Assembly (NCBI GenBank): GCA_963825135.1
Contig: CAWGRW010000013.1
Span: forward strand, 1-22,387
From: an uncultured bacterium
GTDB lineage: Bacteria; Desulfobacterota_D; UBA1144; Nemesobacterales; UBA2774
Length of the DNA stretch: 22,387 nt
Direction: 5' to 3'
Numbering within the stretch: position 1 is the stretch's first letter; every line of letters starts with the position of its first letter. This document shows positions 1 to 10,704 of the stretch, one piece after another. Made by a program: the position numbers and the translations under genes. The notes below the pieces were generated by a model. That model was not told where the DNA came from. It did no database searches and was given only the letters and a program-made list of their open reading frames with translations.

Positions 1-1
1 C

Positions 2-541
2 AACGACGAGTGCTTTACTCCCGGATTCATACTCCCGGGACTCGACCTCACAATAAATCTGCAGGATGGGATCGGCTTATTCGTGCTGTTCGGTCCCGAT
101 TACCGCGGCAGCGGCAGCCCCCCCAACGTGCTCGCGGCGAGTATTGTCAACGCGACCCTGGACGTTAGATTCCCCGTCCTGGGCGCAGACGCCGTCGGCG
201 TGCTGCTCGGGTGCATGCAGTCGGAAAATGGGAACTGCGATACGGCTATGACAGTCGAGGTTTTCGGGCTGGACGGGGAGTTTCTCGGCCAGACCGTCGT
301 ACAGGGCAGAAGCCTGTTCGACTCGTTCCTGGGCATCGAATCCTCTGTGCCTATCGCCAGGGTCAGCATTATTGTGCCTGCCCCGTCGGAGAACGTGCCG
401 GGCGTAACGCAGGTATGGTTTGATCTCGCGACCCGGAGTATCCCGACTCTATCCGAATGGGGAATGATGGCGGCCGGGGCGGGGCTGGTGGTTGTTGGCG
501 TGTTCTTCGCTGTCAAGAGAAAGAGAAGGGCTGCGGTTTAA
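2..541 (+). CDS. IPTL-CTERM sorting-domain surface protein, type A (5'-truncated by window edge)
   Basis: Frame open from base 2 (NDECFTPGFILPGL...), same frame as ORF 83..541. Ends in SIPTLSEWGMMAAGAGLVVVGVFFAVKRKRRAAV (IPTL motif, TM helix, basic tail). Shares the CF.PG.ILPG and FDSFLGI motifs with downstream paralogs. Confidence 0.9.
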   Translation, partial: NDECFTPGFILPGLDLTINLQDGIGLFVLFGPDYRGSGSPPNVLAASIVNATLDVRFPVLGADAVGVLLGCMQSENGNCDTAMTVEVFGLDGEFLGQTVVQGRSLFDSFLGIESSVPIARVSIIVPAPSENVPGVTQVWFDLATRSIPTLSEWGMMAAGAGLVVVGVFFAVKRKRRAAV

Positions 542-570
542 TTTCGGCTGGTTTATCAATGAAAAGTTTC

Positions 571-608
571 ACCCCCACCCTATCCCTCCCCCCTCAAGGG
601 GGAGGGAA
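571..608 (+). repeat. C/G-rich palindrome 'module B' (acccccacccta.ccctccccc-tcaa-gggggaggg)
   Basis: Further copies at ~1422, 2259, 4046, 7662, 7829, 10433, 10600, 13881, plus interrupted copies at ~13592 and 22240; all in the same orientation. Confidence 0.85.
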
Positions 609-643
609 TTTATTGTAGAGCGGGGGAGCATGGAGGAACGCAT

Positions 644-1392
644 ATGGAGAATCATCATAAGTCTGCGGGTTTCGTATTTTATAATAACGCTTCTGATTTC
701 CCTTACGCCCGCGCTCGCGCAGGTGACGTTCACTAACGACCAGGCGCAGTTCCTGGCTCGGAATCCGAATCTCCAGTTTCAGGACTTCCTCGGTAAAGTT
801 CTCGCCATGCCTGAAGTATGTGCAAATCCCGCGAACTCGAGCTCCAACGACAATTGCTTCTCGCCCGGCCAGATACTCCCGGATATAGAATTTGTGGTGG
901 ACCCGGGACTATCCTCCAATGCACTGGTTCTTTTTAACGGCAATTTTTTTGGAAACAATAACCCGCCTAACGTATTGGCGTCCAACGTCGGAGGCGTCGG
1001 CGACGATTTCGATATAATTTTTACCGAGCCGAATATTAACGCAGTGGGGATTAATGCGGGATGCCTTTCAGAGAGCAACACGTGCATCAACGGGGACACA
1101 GTTCGCGTATCGGTCTTCGGCGGGAGCGGACTGCTTGGCACTATCGAGATACCGGTGACGAGCGCTTTCGACTCGTTCCTCGGTATTAAATACTGTGGAG
1201 CCGATTACGGAAATAAGCATACTGGACGGAGACGTCGATACGATTCAGGGGCTGCTGAACGTGTGGTTCGGGGCGCAGGTCCCCAATCATATTCCCACCC
1301 TCTCCGAATGGGGGATGATCGCTGCGGCGGCGGGGCTCATGCTCGCCGGAGTATTTTTCGCGGTCAAGAGGAAGAGAAGGGCTGTGGTTTAA
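644..1392 (+). CDS. IPTL-CTERM surface protein, type A; two +1 homopolymer indels (~678, ~1189)
   Basis: GGAGG RBS then ATG 644 (MENHHKSAGFVF...), as in paralog 1495. Extra T in 'gtatttt' and extra A in 'attaaa'. Joined ORFs 492..1406 and 1195..1392 give signal peptide, domain and HIPTLSEWG...KRKRRAVV. Confidence 0.85.
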
Positions 1393-1494
1393 TATTGGTC
1401 GATTGATATATGTAATGTTACACCCCCACCCTGACCCTCCCCCCTCAAGGGGGAGGGAATTTATTGTAGAGCGGGGGAGCATGGAGGAACGCAT

Positions 1495-2229
1495 ATGGAG
1501 AATCGTCACAAGTTTGCGGGTTTCGTATTTATAATAACGCTTCTGATTTCCCTTACGCCCGCGCTCGCGCAGGTGGATTTTACTACGGACGAGGCCGAGT
1601 TCAATGCAAACAACCCTGGACTCGCATTACAGGACTTCGAGAGCGGGAACGTAGCGCCGAATTCCGTTATGCAGTGCAGTGCCGTTGTGAATGAAAATAC
1701 AAGCGACGGCTGTTTCTCGCCCGGGGACATATTGCCCGGGCTAGAGTTCGCACAAGTCCCCCTCGGTGCTCATACATTGTTTATCGCGGGCCCCGGGGTT
1801 GAAGAGAACACGTTTGTTGTGCTGTATACGGACTTCAACACAGATACAATGGATATTACTTTCCCCGGCAATAACGTGAACACCGCCGGGCTTGTTCTGG
1901 GCTGTCTTTCGGAAGGACCGGGCTGCAGCGATACGTTGATTATCAGCGTATTCGGCACGGGGGACGAATTGATAGGTTCCACACAGCGGGCGGTTACGGG
2001 GCAATTCGATACGTTTGTCGGTATCCGATCTTCCGAGCTTATAACGAGGATCAATGTAGGTTCCCTGGCGGGGAACGGTTTCGAAGGCTTAGGCAGTATC
2101 AGCTTCGGGTTAGCGTCACCCGCGAACATTCCCACGCTCTCCGAATGGGGGATGATCGCGGCTGCTGCGGGGCTCATGCTCGTCGGAGTATTTTTCGCGG
2201 TCAAGAGGAAGAGAAGGGCTGTGGTTTAA
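1495..2229 (+). CDS. IPTL-CTERM surface protein, type A (intact, 244 aa)
   Basis: GGAGG RBS; signal peptide ending ALA-Q; C-terminal NIPTLSEWGMIAAAAGLMLVGVFFAVKRKRRAVV. Confidence 0.93.
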   Translation: MENRHKFAGFVFIITLLISLTPALAQVDFTTDEAEFNANNPGLALQDFESGNVAPNSVMQCSAVVNENTSDGCFSPGDILPGLEFAQVPLGAHTLFIAGPGVEENTFVVLYTDFNTDTMDITFPGNNVNTAGLVLGCLSEGPGCSDTLIISVFGTGDELIGSTQRAVTGQFDTFVGIRSSELITRINVGSLAGNGFEGLGSISFGLASPANIPTLSEWGMIAAAAGLMLVGVFFAVKRKRRAVV

Positions 2230-2331
2230 TATTGGTCGATTGATATATGTAATGTTACACCCCCACCCTATCCCTCCCCCCTCAAGGGGGAGGGAATTTA
2301 TTGTAGAGCGGGGGAACATGGAGGAAAGCAT

Positions 2332-3085
2332 ATGAAGAATCATCACAAGCTTGCGGGTTTCGTATTCATAATCACTCTTCTGATTTCCCTTACGCCCGCG
2401 CTCGCGCAGGTGACGTTCACTAACGACCAGGCGCAGTTCCTGGCGGATAACCCGAACCTGCAATTCCAGGACTTCTCCGCTACCAAAGTGCAGCCCACAG
2501 ACGGGATGCAGTGCAACGTGCCGGTCAACTCGCAGAGCGACGACGACTGTTTTTCTCCCGGAGACATACTTCCGGAGGCTGGCGTTCTATAACCTGCCGG
2601 TGAACCCGGTCGGAGGGCTGCGTGTTCTCGGCGAGAACGCGGACGGACTAGGCGATCCGCCCGGTCCCATACTAATTGAGTCTTCAGGCACAGACTCGTT
2701 CGACGTCACGGTGAATCCTGGCGCGACACGGATTGGACTGACGGTCGGGTGCTATACACAGGGGGATTGCAATGGCAGCGCCGACGTCACTGTGTTCGAT
2801 ATCCACGAAACTCCGATCGGGCAGACTACAGTAAGTTTGAACGACAAGTTCAATCAATTTTTGGGGATAACGTCCGACGTCCCCATCTGCTGCGTCGTCC
2901 TCGATCACCAGGCCGTGGAAGATCAGGAGCACGGGAACGGCGTGCTCAACGTGTGGTTCGGCGGTAACAACGCGGGCGTTCCCACTCTCTCCGAATGGGG
3001 GATGATCGCTGCTGCGGCGGGATTGGGATCGATCGGCGTGTTATTCGCGGTGAGGAGGAAGAGAAGGGCGATTACTGGAATTTAA
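2332..3085 (+). CDS. IPTL-CTERM surface protein, type A; one frameshift near 2576
   Basis: ORFs 2332..2592 (signal peptide...CFSPGDILP) and 2600..3085 (...GVPTLSEWG...RRKRR) join by removing one base (ILP.LAFYNLPVNPV). Confidence 0.87.
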
Positions 3086-3088
3086 TGC

Positions 3089-3152
3089 GTCCATCGACAA
3101 GCTCAGGACGAACGGGTTGAAAAACGAGATCCTGAAACAAGTTCAGAATGAC
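3089..3152 (-). repeat. Two REP-like palindromes (tcgacaagctcaggacgaacgg; gagatcctgaaacaagttcagaatgac)
   Basis: First type recurs at ~4004, 4100, 7712, 10481, 13550, 13737, 13931, 20957, 22085; second type at 20524. On the minus strand they begin CCGTTC... and GTCA..., the latter like CGTC-tagged REPs. Confidence 0.7.
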
Positions 3153-3159
3153 TAATAAG

Positions 3160-3198
3160 AGCCTCTTCCCTCGTTGCGGCGGAAGGGGCTTTTTTTTT
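3160..3198 (+). terminator. Rho-independent terminator after first IPTL array
   Basis: agcctcttcc...ggaaggggct stem followed by a T run. Confidence 0.8.
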
Positions 3199-3205
3199 CG
3201 AGGGC

Positions 3206-3658
3206 ATGAGCGATATTAAAAATTATGTGAAAGTCAGCGACGACATCGCGACGTCGGGCCAGCCGGGGCGGGGGGAGTTCGCACAAATCGCTAAAGAGGG
3301 TTACGCGGCCGTCGTGAACCTCGCGACGGGCACGTCCCCGGACGCGATACCGGACGAGGGGGACGTCGCGGCTGCCTCGGGCATGACTTATTACCACATA
3401 CCAGTCGTGTGGACGGCGCCAGAGATATCCGACCTCGACCGCTTCTTCTCGGTCATGGACGACCTACGGGACAAGAAGGTCTGGGTGCACTGCGTCGTCA
3501 ACAAGAGGGCGTCCGCGTTCGTTTACCTCTACAGGCTCATAAATCTGGGCGTGCCGGAGGAGGAAGCCATTCGACCGATGAATGTAGTCTGGGAGCCCGA
3601 CGGGATATGGCGGGGGTTCATAGAGCTCGCGAAGGACATATATCTGCCGGGGGTATAG
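3206..3658 (+). CDS. DUF442 / beta-lactamase-hydrolase-like protein, protein-tyrosine-phosphatase fold (150 aa)
   Basis: TSGQP, AVVNL, YYHIPV and VWVHCVVNKRAS (Cx4R active-site loop) are typical of this family. Confidence 0.8.
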   Translation: MSDIKNYVKVSDDIATSGQPGRGEFAQIAKEGYAAVVNLATGTSPDAIPDEGDVAAASGMTYYHIPVVWTAPEISDLDRFFSVMDDLRDKKVWVHCVVNKRASAFVYLYRLINLGVPEEEAIRPMNVVWEPDGIWRGFIELAKDIYLPGV

Positions 3659-3670
3659 GGGGATTGCCGA

Positions 3671-4450
3671 GTGTGGATTATGAGAACACCGTGCACCTAA
3701 AGTGGTCTATGAAAAGATAATGAAAAGACAAAGAAAGGCGAAGGGCTGTTTGATTGATCCTTCTTTTCCTCGATGAGAAGAAGCACACGCATAGTGTGGA
3801 TTATGAAAAGACTAGAAAGGTGAAAGGCTGTTTTTTTATCCTTCTTTTCCTTGATGAAAAGAAGCAAAAATCATCCGACTACAGAATTGTGCTAAAAATC
3901 TCATGTACTCGCTAAATCTTCCAATTCTACCCCATCCCACGTAAGATTTTTAACGCTCGTACAATCGATTTTCTTAACGCAAATTCTGTAATGTCGGTAA
4001 CGTGCTTCGACTAGCTCAGCACGAACGGGTTTACATATCTGGGTACACCCCCACCCTAACCCTCCCCCCTCCTATTGAGGGGGAGGGAAATAATTTCGCA
4101 CCCTTCGACAGCACACTACGCGTGCGCTCAGGGTGAACAGGATTGGGCAAATTCCCCGGCGATGGCAGAGGAGTTACGGAAGGATCGTAGAGACACACAT
4201 TGTGTGTGCCCGCCGCGAATTCTGTAATGTCGGAAGATAAAGAAAAAACTAGATTGCCGCGCTTCTCTCGCATTCGTTCGTTACGCTCGCAATGACAAGA
4301 TCAAAGACTGGATTCCCGATGAAGGCTTTCGGGAATGACAGAAAGAAAAGATGAGATTGCTTCGCGTTGCTCGCAATGACAGGGTAAGTCGGGCGGAGGA
4401 GCGCAAGTAGAATCGTGGAAACCCACTGTGTGCGCGTGCGTCTGGTCCCG
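3671..4450. repeat. Mosaic repeat block 1
   Basis: Leader (gtgtggattatga..acaccgtgcacctaaagtggtc), element A 3841-3997, then several REP-like palindromes. Ends at the stop codon of the minus-strand gene at 4452. Confidence 0.9.
3841..3997. repeat. Element A: ~157-bp MITE/REP-like structured repeat (copy 1 of 8)
   Basis: 9-bp hairpin cttcttttc-cttgat-gaaaagaag followed by a long imperfect hairpin ccgactacagaatt...aattctgtaatgtcgg. Other copies: 7106-7261, 9882-10036, 13388-13544, 16124-16365, 16581-16738, 20734-20891, 21924-22079. Confidence 0.93.
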
Positions 4451-4451
4451 T

Positions 4452-5087
4452 TCAGATGGCGTTGATCTCGGTCTGGAGCTGCAGGAGCAGGGGCTCGTAA
4501 ATGCCGCTATCGGGAACGGTCTCGGTCTGGTCGCAGCCGAGGGTGTCGAGTACGTTGTAGTATGCGACCTGGTTGTAGAGATACAGAAGCCTGTCCTCGA
4601 ATTCCTGTGAGGCATCGACCTTGCTAGGGCCGTCGAGGTATGTGAACTGCCCCCCGTCATCGAGCCTCAGGCAGTTGCTGAAGAAACTCTTCGCCGTCTC
4701 GTCGAACACGCCGTCGTTATTGTAATCGGCGGACGCCTTGATTAATTCGCACGCGGTGCCCGCGCCCGTGGGGACTCCGCCAAACCCGAACGTGGTCAGG
4801 CCGTCGGACACCAGCACAAACACGTTCTTTCCGTCCGAGTAGAGGTGCGTATCGAGCGTGCTCCCCGCGGCGTTATAGACGTAGAACTCATTCGTATCGT
4901 CAACGTTCACGTAAGCCGTATTCAACGACGGAGAATTACATGCCGTGGGCTTCGAGGTAGGCGCGGGCGTGGGCGAGGGTTTGGGCGTAGGCTGAGGGTT
5001 GTCCCCTCCCGATCCGCCGCAGCCTCCGTAGATTAAGGCTAAAATTACGGGAAAGAGTATAAAGGCATATATTTTTCTCGATTTCAT
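4452..5087 (-). CDS. Hypothetical lipoprotein with Pro/Thr linker
   Basis: MKSRKIYAFILFPVILALIYGG-C lipoprotein-type signal, PQPTPKPSPTPAPT linker; GGGG RBS upstream of ATG-ATG-ATG (5093/5090/5087). Confidence 0.8.
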   Translation of the reverse strand: MKSRKIYAFILFPVILALIYGGCGGSGGDNPQPTPKPSPTPAPTSKPTACNSPSLNTAYVNVDDTNEFYVYNAAGSTLDTHLYSDGKNVFVLVSDGLTTFGFGGVPTGAGTACELIKASADYNNDGVFDETAKSFFSNCLRLDDGGQFTYLDGPSKVDASQEFEDRLLYLYNQVAYYNVLDTLGCDQTETVPDSGIYEPLLLQLQTEINAI

Positions 5088-5309
5088 CATCATCCCCTTC
5101 ATTATATTCAAACATTTGTGCCGGGACCGATTCCAAGCGTCGGAACGGGAAGCACCCTGATTTATCCCGTCTTTGTATCGCGATACAAATGATTAACTAT
5201 ATATCTATATGCTAATATTGACCAGCAATACATCACAAACGAGTTTAGCAATTATCCTGTACAAACTGAAAACATTATCTATTACAAATGGTACTTCAAA
5301 AAATAAAAT

Positions 5310-5338
5310 TTGACAAGTGTTATTAGAATATCTATATT
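5310..5338 (+). promoter_or_regulatory. Sigma70-type promoter upstream of collagen-like gene
   Basis: TTGACA (5310-5315), 17-nt spacer, TATATT (5333-5338), preceded by an A/T-rich tract. Confidence 0.65.
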
Positions 5339-5426
5339 AGGATATATTTTCTCCAGCAATTGACTAAAGTAGGAAAGAATTTGACAGGATAGACTAGAAG
5401 ACCTTTTTTATTCACATTACAGGAGA

Positions 5427-6845
5427 ATGGAGATGATGAGAAGGGAGATCGGGATATCTTTAGCTTTATGCTTTTTGTTGTTTGCAAGTAGAAGTAATTC
5501 AGAAGAATTAACCTTTTGCGTACTCGACGATTTTCTTCAAATAGTGACTTTCAGAGGGCCCGGTACGGAATGTCTCGAACAGGAGGTTCCTATTCAGGTA
5601 AATGCCGGGGAACAGGGACCGCCCGGACCTATGGGACCGGAAGGACCCCAGGGACCAATCGGTCCTGAGGGAGCGGTCGGACCAATCGGACCTCAGGGAC
5701 CCATCGGATCTACGGGAGCGACCGGGGCTACGGGACCTACGGGGACGGCGGGGACGGACGGGCTCAACGCGTTTGTGAACACGACGCCCGAGCCCGCGGG
5801 AGCTAACTGCGCGGACGGCGGCGTAAAGGTCGAATCCGGACAGGACAATATCGTTTCCAGCACTACTTACGTATGCAACGGGCCCGAGGGACCTCAGGGA
5901 CCAATCGGCCCGACAGGGACAACAGGTGCGACCGGAGCAACGGGTCTAACCGGACCAACCGGAGCAGTAGGACCCATCGGTCCAATCGGGCCTACAGGCG
6001 CGACCGGGGCTACGGGACCTACAGGGCCTGCTGGTACGGACGGGCTCAACGCATTTGTGAACACGACGCCCGAGCCCGCGGGAGCTAACTGCGCGGACGG
6101 CGGTGTAAAGGTCGAATCCGGGCAGGACAATATCGTTTCCGGCACTACTTACGTATGCAACGGGCCCGAGGGGACAACAGGGCCTGCCGGACCTGCGGGA
6201 CCAGCAGGGCCAGCCGGGCCTATCGGACCCGCCGGACCCACGGGAACGACAGGGGCTACGGGCCCTGCCGGGCCAGCCGGGCCAACGGGAACGACCGGAG
6301 CTACCGGTTCTACAGGGGCTACGGGGCCTGCCGGGCCAGCCGGACCCGCCGGGCCAACGGGAACGACCGGAGCTACCGGTGCTACGGGGGCTACGGGGCC
6401 TCAGGGGCCTAAGGGTGATCCCGCACCTGCCGGCGTGACTATATTGTCAGGCGGGTCTCGTATTAATATCCTAACCGGAGCATCTGCCACTTCTACATTC
6501 ATAGATATGTTTTTGGAGAACTCCAGTGCTACTGAATCTGTAGTTCAACATAGCTTGCCCGTTTCGGGCGCACTTGTGGGTCTAAATATCTTATTAGACA
6601 ATACTATAGGTGCCGCACCCAACAGTTATGCATTCACGGTGATGGTGGGCGGCATAGCAAGTTCTATCACCTGCACGGTGAGCGGGCCGTCCGGGACAAC
6701 CTGTTCCAGTGCGTTATGCGTTGATCTGGCTGCGAATGCATCGATCGATGTACGTAGCGTTTCAAACGATAATCCCACCGCGCGGACCGTATGGTTGTAT
6801 TCTACGTTCCGTCCCGGCATGACGTGCGCGGCGCTCGGGTTATGA
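5427..6845 (+). CDS. Secreted collagen-like (Gly-X-Y) protein with two Cys-bracketed repeat domains (DUF7151-like) and a C-terminal globular domain
   Basis: N-terminal hydrophobic signal; three GXY runs (GPT/GAT/GPA); two copies of [33 protein letters not shown], 282 bp apart. Start may be 5433/5436 given the AGGAG position. Confidence 0.9.
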   Translation: MEMMRREIGISLALCFLLFASRSNSEELTFCVLDDFLQIVTFRGPGTECLEQEVPIQVNAGEQGPPGPMGPEGPQGPIGPEGAVGPIGPQGPIGSTGATGATGPTGTAGTDGLNAFVNTTPEPAGANCADGGVKVESGQDNIVSSTTYVCNGPEGPQGPIGPTGTTGATGATGLTGPTGAVGPIGPIGPTGATGATGPTGPAGTDGLNAFVNTTPEPAGANCADGGVKVESGQDNIVSGTTYVCNGPEGTTGPAGPAGPAGPAGPIGPAGPTGTTGATGPAGPAGPTGTTGATGSTGATGPAGPAGPAGPTGTTGATGATGATGPQGPKGDPAPAGVTILSGGSRINILTGASATSTFIDMFLENSSATESVVQHSLPVSGALVGLNILLDNTIGAAPNSYAFTVMVGGIASSITCTVSGPSGTTCSSALCVDLAANASIDVRSVSNDNPTARTVWLYSTFRPGMTCAALGL

Positions 6846-6901
6846 AGACGGTATAAGAATAAGACGGAGTGAAATTTTCAATTAGCTGAAGAATAATCGA
6901 G

Positions 6902-6932
6902 GCCCGGGAGAATATTCTCCGGGCTTTTTTTT
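6902..6932 (+). terminator. Rho-independent terminator
   Basis: gcccgggagaa-ta-ttctccgggc followed by a T run. Confidence 0.8.
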
Positions 6933-6934
6933 GC

Positions 6935-7935
6935 CCGCTGCCGCAAATTGTGTAACGTTCGGGGAAAGAGAAAAGATAGATTTCTCGCCTCAGGCGAGAA
7001 ATGACGGGAAGATTCATGTAGGAGCAGCTTCCGGCCGCGACACAAGCGTAGTGTGATCTTTCGAAAAGACAAGACAAAGAAAGGTGATAGGCTGTTTTTT
7101 TTATCCTTCTTTTCCTTGATGAAAAGAAGCAAAAATCATCCGACTACAGAATTTGCTAAAAATCTCATGTACTCGCTAAATCTTCCAATTCAACCCCACC
7201 CCGTGGAAGATTTTTAACGCTCGTACAATCGATTTTCCATACGCAAATTCTGTAATGTCGGGGGAGATAAAAGAAAAGACAGATTTCTCCCGTTGGTCGA
7301 AATGACAGTAAAGGAGATGCTTGAGATCGTATGCCCGCGGGTGCTCACCCGCCGCAAATTCTGTAATGTCGGGAAGAGAAAGAACAAACTAAATCCTCCC
7401 TAACCTACTTGGACTTCAGAAGCATTGAGCCGGAAGTTAAGTTCCTTCTTTGCTCTTTAGAGTAGGGCGTCCGAATGCTCACCTATTCGCATCCGTTCTT
7501 TTTCTAAGGAGGGAATAGAGATAAAGACGAGATTGCTTCGCTTCACTCGCAATAACGGGAAAGGAGATGCTTGAGATCGTATGCCCGCGGGTGCTTACCC
7601 GCCGCGAATTCTGTAATGTCGGGAAGAAAAGACTCCCTGATTGATAGTAGTGATAAGGTAAACCCCCCACCCATACCCTCCCCCTCAAGGGGGGAGGGAG
7701 ATAAGATTACCGTCCTTCGACAGGCTCAGGGTGAACGGGGCGGCGTGTCGCCGCTGACGTACGAAAACGTCACGATTGCCGGTTTGAGTGAGGAGTTTCG
7801 ACAGGATCGTATATGAGCACACATTGTACACCCCCACCTTAATCCTCCCCCTTGCGGGGGGAGGGAAATTATTGGTCGGGATAAGGAAGTCCACTAGAAT
7901 CGTATAGACACACGCCGTGTGTGCGTGCGCGCGAA
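6935..7935. repeat. Mosaic repeat block 2
   Basis: Includes a GTAG-type REP (tgtaggagcagcttccggccgcga ~7017), element A 7106-7261, insert 7407-7497 and other modules; abuts the dacB stop codon. Confidence 0.9.
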
Positions 7936-9547
7936 TCAATAGTCGCGCCAGAGGACTGCGGATATTGTGCCCTCGTCCTGGAATATTTCGAGAAGGTCGT
8001 TGAGCTGCTTAACCGGGACATTGTTGACGACGAGCTGGTAGACGAGGCGTCTGCCGCTCTTCGCGTCGATATAACCGCCGAACGCCTGTCCCTTTATCAC
8101 GAGACCCGATGCGTCACCGGCCGCGAACGTGCCGGTCTTTGCGCGCACCCGTCCCTTCGCCCCGGCTAACGTCGGATCGGACTCGAAATCGGTCACGAAA
8201 CCGAGAGAGCCGTCCACTCCGAGTATCGGCAGCGCAGCGAAGAACGCGCCGAACGCCGGCTTCCCGGTCATTATCCTGAGCCATTCGGTGACTGCTTTGT
8301 TAGTCGCCGTGGTCCCGCCGCCGCCGCTTCCGTCGATGAAGAAGAACTCGCCGCCCGGTATGCCGAAATTCTCCGTGAGATTAACCCTCTCGGCCGCGAG
8401 TGCCGCGTTCATGTTGTCTACCCCCTGCGTAAGCCCGAATAAAACCAGACTGGTATCCGCGCCGATGTTATAGCTCACTTTCAAAATCAGCTTCGCAGTC
8501 TCGGAATAGGGCAGTCCTTTGAGCTCTGCCAGTTTTGTTTGAGGCGTGTACGAGTTTCGGGCTGGAAGCAACTGCGCCGGGTTTTCGGCTACGGAGGATG
8601 CGCGGACCGTTACGCCCGCAGCCTTGAGCGCCTCGATGAATACGGTGCGCGCGTAGTTCGAAGGCTGTGTAATGCGGAAGGCCTGCACCAAGGGGTACTT
8701 GTTGGTGAGTGGAGGAATAAAATCAACTGGAATCTGCCCGGCTATGGCTGCCGTGCAACCAGTCTTGCCGATGCACTCAGGTGCTACCGGCTTTAAGGCG
8801 AGCGTATTCTGCGAATGCGCGGCGCTGGTAACCAGATTGTTCTCGACCCCGAGTGCTGCCGAGACCGGACGCCACACTACCGAGGCAGGTTTGCCCGGAG
8901 TCGTGGGCCGGATGCTCAGATCCACCAGATCGCCGTTGACGAAAATAGGTCTAACGTCGAACTGGCCTCTGAAGTTAAAAGGCTGAAAGAGCCGGTCGTC
9001 GATAATGACGTTGCCGGTAACCTCCTTTACCCCTGACTTCGCCACCTGCTGAGCTAACTGGATATACCCAGCCAGCGGGTTAGGCTTGGTGAGCGTAGCG
9101 TTCCCCAGGCTGTCGGCCTCGTTGTGGTCGAAATTGGCGACCGCGATCGTGCCGTCCGGATTCGTTCGTCCGCCCATGGTGAGGTCGCCTGACGCGACCA
9201 ACACCAGGTCGCCGTGCAGCACGCCGGCGCTGTTCAACTCCCCGTGGCGATAGACCGGTGTGTTGTAGCGGTGGTCAGGACCTACCTGGTTCAGCAACTC
9301 TCCCACGGAAAAAATCTTGCGCACCGAGCCGATGTAGAAATTGCAATGCGGCTGCAGATCCATGAGTTCTTTGCCGGTGCCGAGATCTACGACTCGCAGT
9401 CCCCAGATAGAGCCTGAGTAAAGCGCCTTGTCGAATGTCGCGCGTATGTCGGCCGGGATGTTCGAGCCCGAGCCGCGAAGCCCTTGTACAGGACGAAACG
9501 GCAATCAGGACCAGTAAAAACACGAGTAGAGCTTTCCGGTATCTCAT
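7936..9547 (-). CDS. dacB: D-Ala-D-Ala carboxypeptidase/endopeptidase (peptidase S13, PBP4-like), paralog 1; frameshift near 9480-9500
   Basis: Motifs SVRK (SxxK), SYN (SxN) and KTGT; also GDLVLVASGDLT and DGSG. Signal peptide MRYRKALLVFLLVLIAVSSC starts at 9547 with a GGAGG RBS, in a different frame from ORF 7936..9504. Confidence 0.88.
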
Positions 9548-9714
9548 GCATTATCCTCCGTCAAGACAGGGTGATTTTGATTAACAGAAAATATAACGGT
9601 AAACAATTATAGCCTCGGTTGGGGGGGAAAGGGAAATGGGGGGAGGAAAATACGGGATTGCCGAACTTGCTTGCTCTTTTGAGGAAGATAAATAAAAAGA
9701 AAAGGCGAATATAT

Positions 9715-10704
9715 TATCTCTTCTTTTCCTTGATTAACGCAAGCAGTGTGGTCTTTCGGAAAGACAAGACAAAGAAAGGTGATAGGCTGTTTTTTTTATC
9801 CTTCTTTTCCTCGATGAGAAGAAGCACACGCATAGTGTGGATTATGAAAGACGAGAAAGGTGAAAAGCTGTTTTTTTTATCCTTCTTTTCCTTGATGAAA
9901 AGAGAAAAATCATCCGACTACAGAATTGTGCTAAAAATCTCATGTACTCGCTAAATCTTCCAATTCTACCCCACCCCGCGTAAGATTCTTAACGCTCGTA
10001 CAATCGATTTTCTTAACGCAAATTCTGTAATGTCGGGGAGATAAAGAAGAGCAATTTCTCCCGTTGGTCGAAATGACAGTAAAGGAGATGCTTGAGATCG
10101 TATGCCCGCGGGTGCTCACCCGCCGCAAATTCTGTAATGTCGGGAAGAGAAAGAACAAACTAAGTCTCCCTACCTACTTGGACTTCAGAAGCATTGAGCC
10201 GGAAGTTAAGTTCCTTCTTTGCTCTTTAGAGTAGGGCGTCCGAATGCTCACCTATTCGCATCCGTTCTTTTTCTAAGGAGGGAATAGAGATAAAGACGAG
10301 ATTGCTTCGCTTCACTCGCAATAACGGGAAAGGAGATGCTTGAGATCATATGCCCGCGGGTGCTCACCCGCCGCAAATTCTGTAATGTCGGGGAAGAAAT
10401 AATCTCCCTATTGATAGTAGTGATAAGGTAAACCCCCCACCCACACCCTCCCCCTCAAGGGGGAGGGAGATAAGATTACCGCCCTTCGACAAGCTCAGGG
10501 TGAACGGGGCGGCGTGTCGCCGCTGACGTACGAAAACGTCATGATTGCCGGTTTTGAGCGTAAGAGTTTCGGAAGGATCGTATATGAGCACACATTGTAC
10601 ACCCCCACCTTAATCCTCCCCCTTCGGGGGAGGGAAATTATTGGTCGGGATAAGGAAGTCCACTAGAATCGTATAGACACACGCCGTGTGTGCGTGCGCG
10701 CGGA
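9715..10704. repeat. Mosaic repeat block 3 (near-copy of block 2)
   Basis: Same module order and near-identical sequence to ~7060-7935, including insert 10176-10266; has one extra leader unit. Confidence 0.9.

Noticed and set aside
1291..2412. Diversity-generating retroelement TR/VR pair
   Set aside because: Differences between repeats are not adenine-specific and no reverse transcriptase is in the window.
3874..3997. Canonical integron attC sites
   Set aside because: No terminal RYYYAAC...GTTRRRY pair, no intI gene, and inter-block segments hold several genes on both strands with their own promoters.
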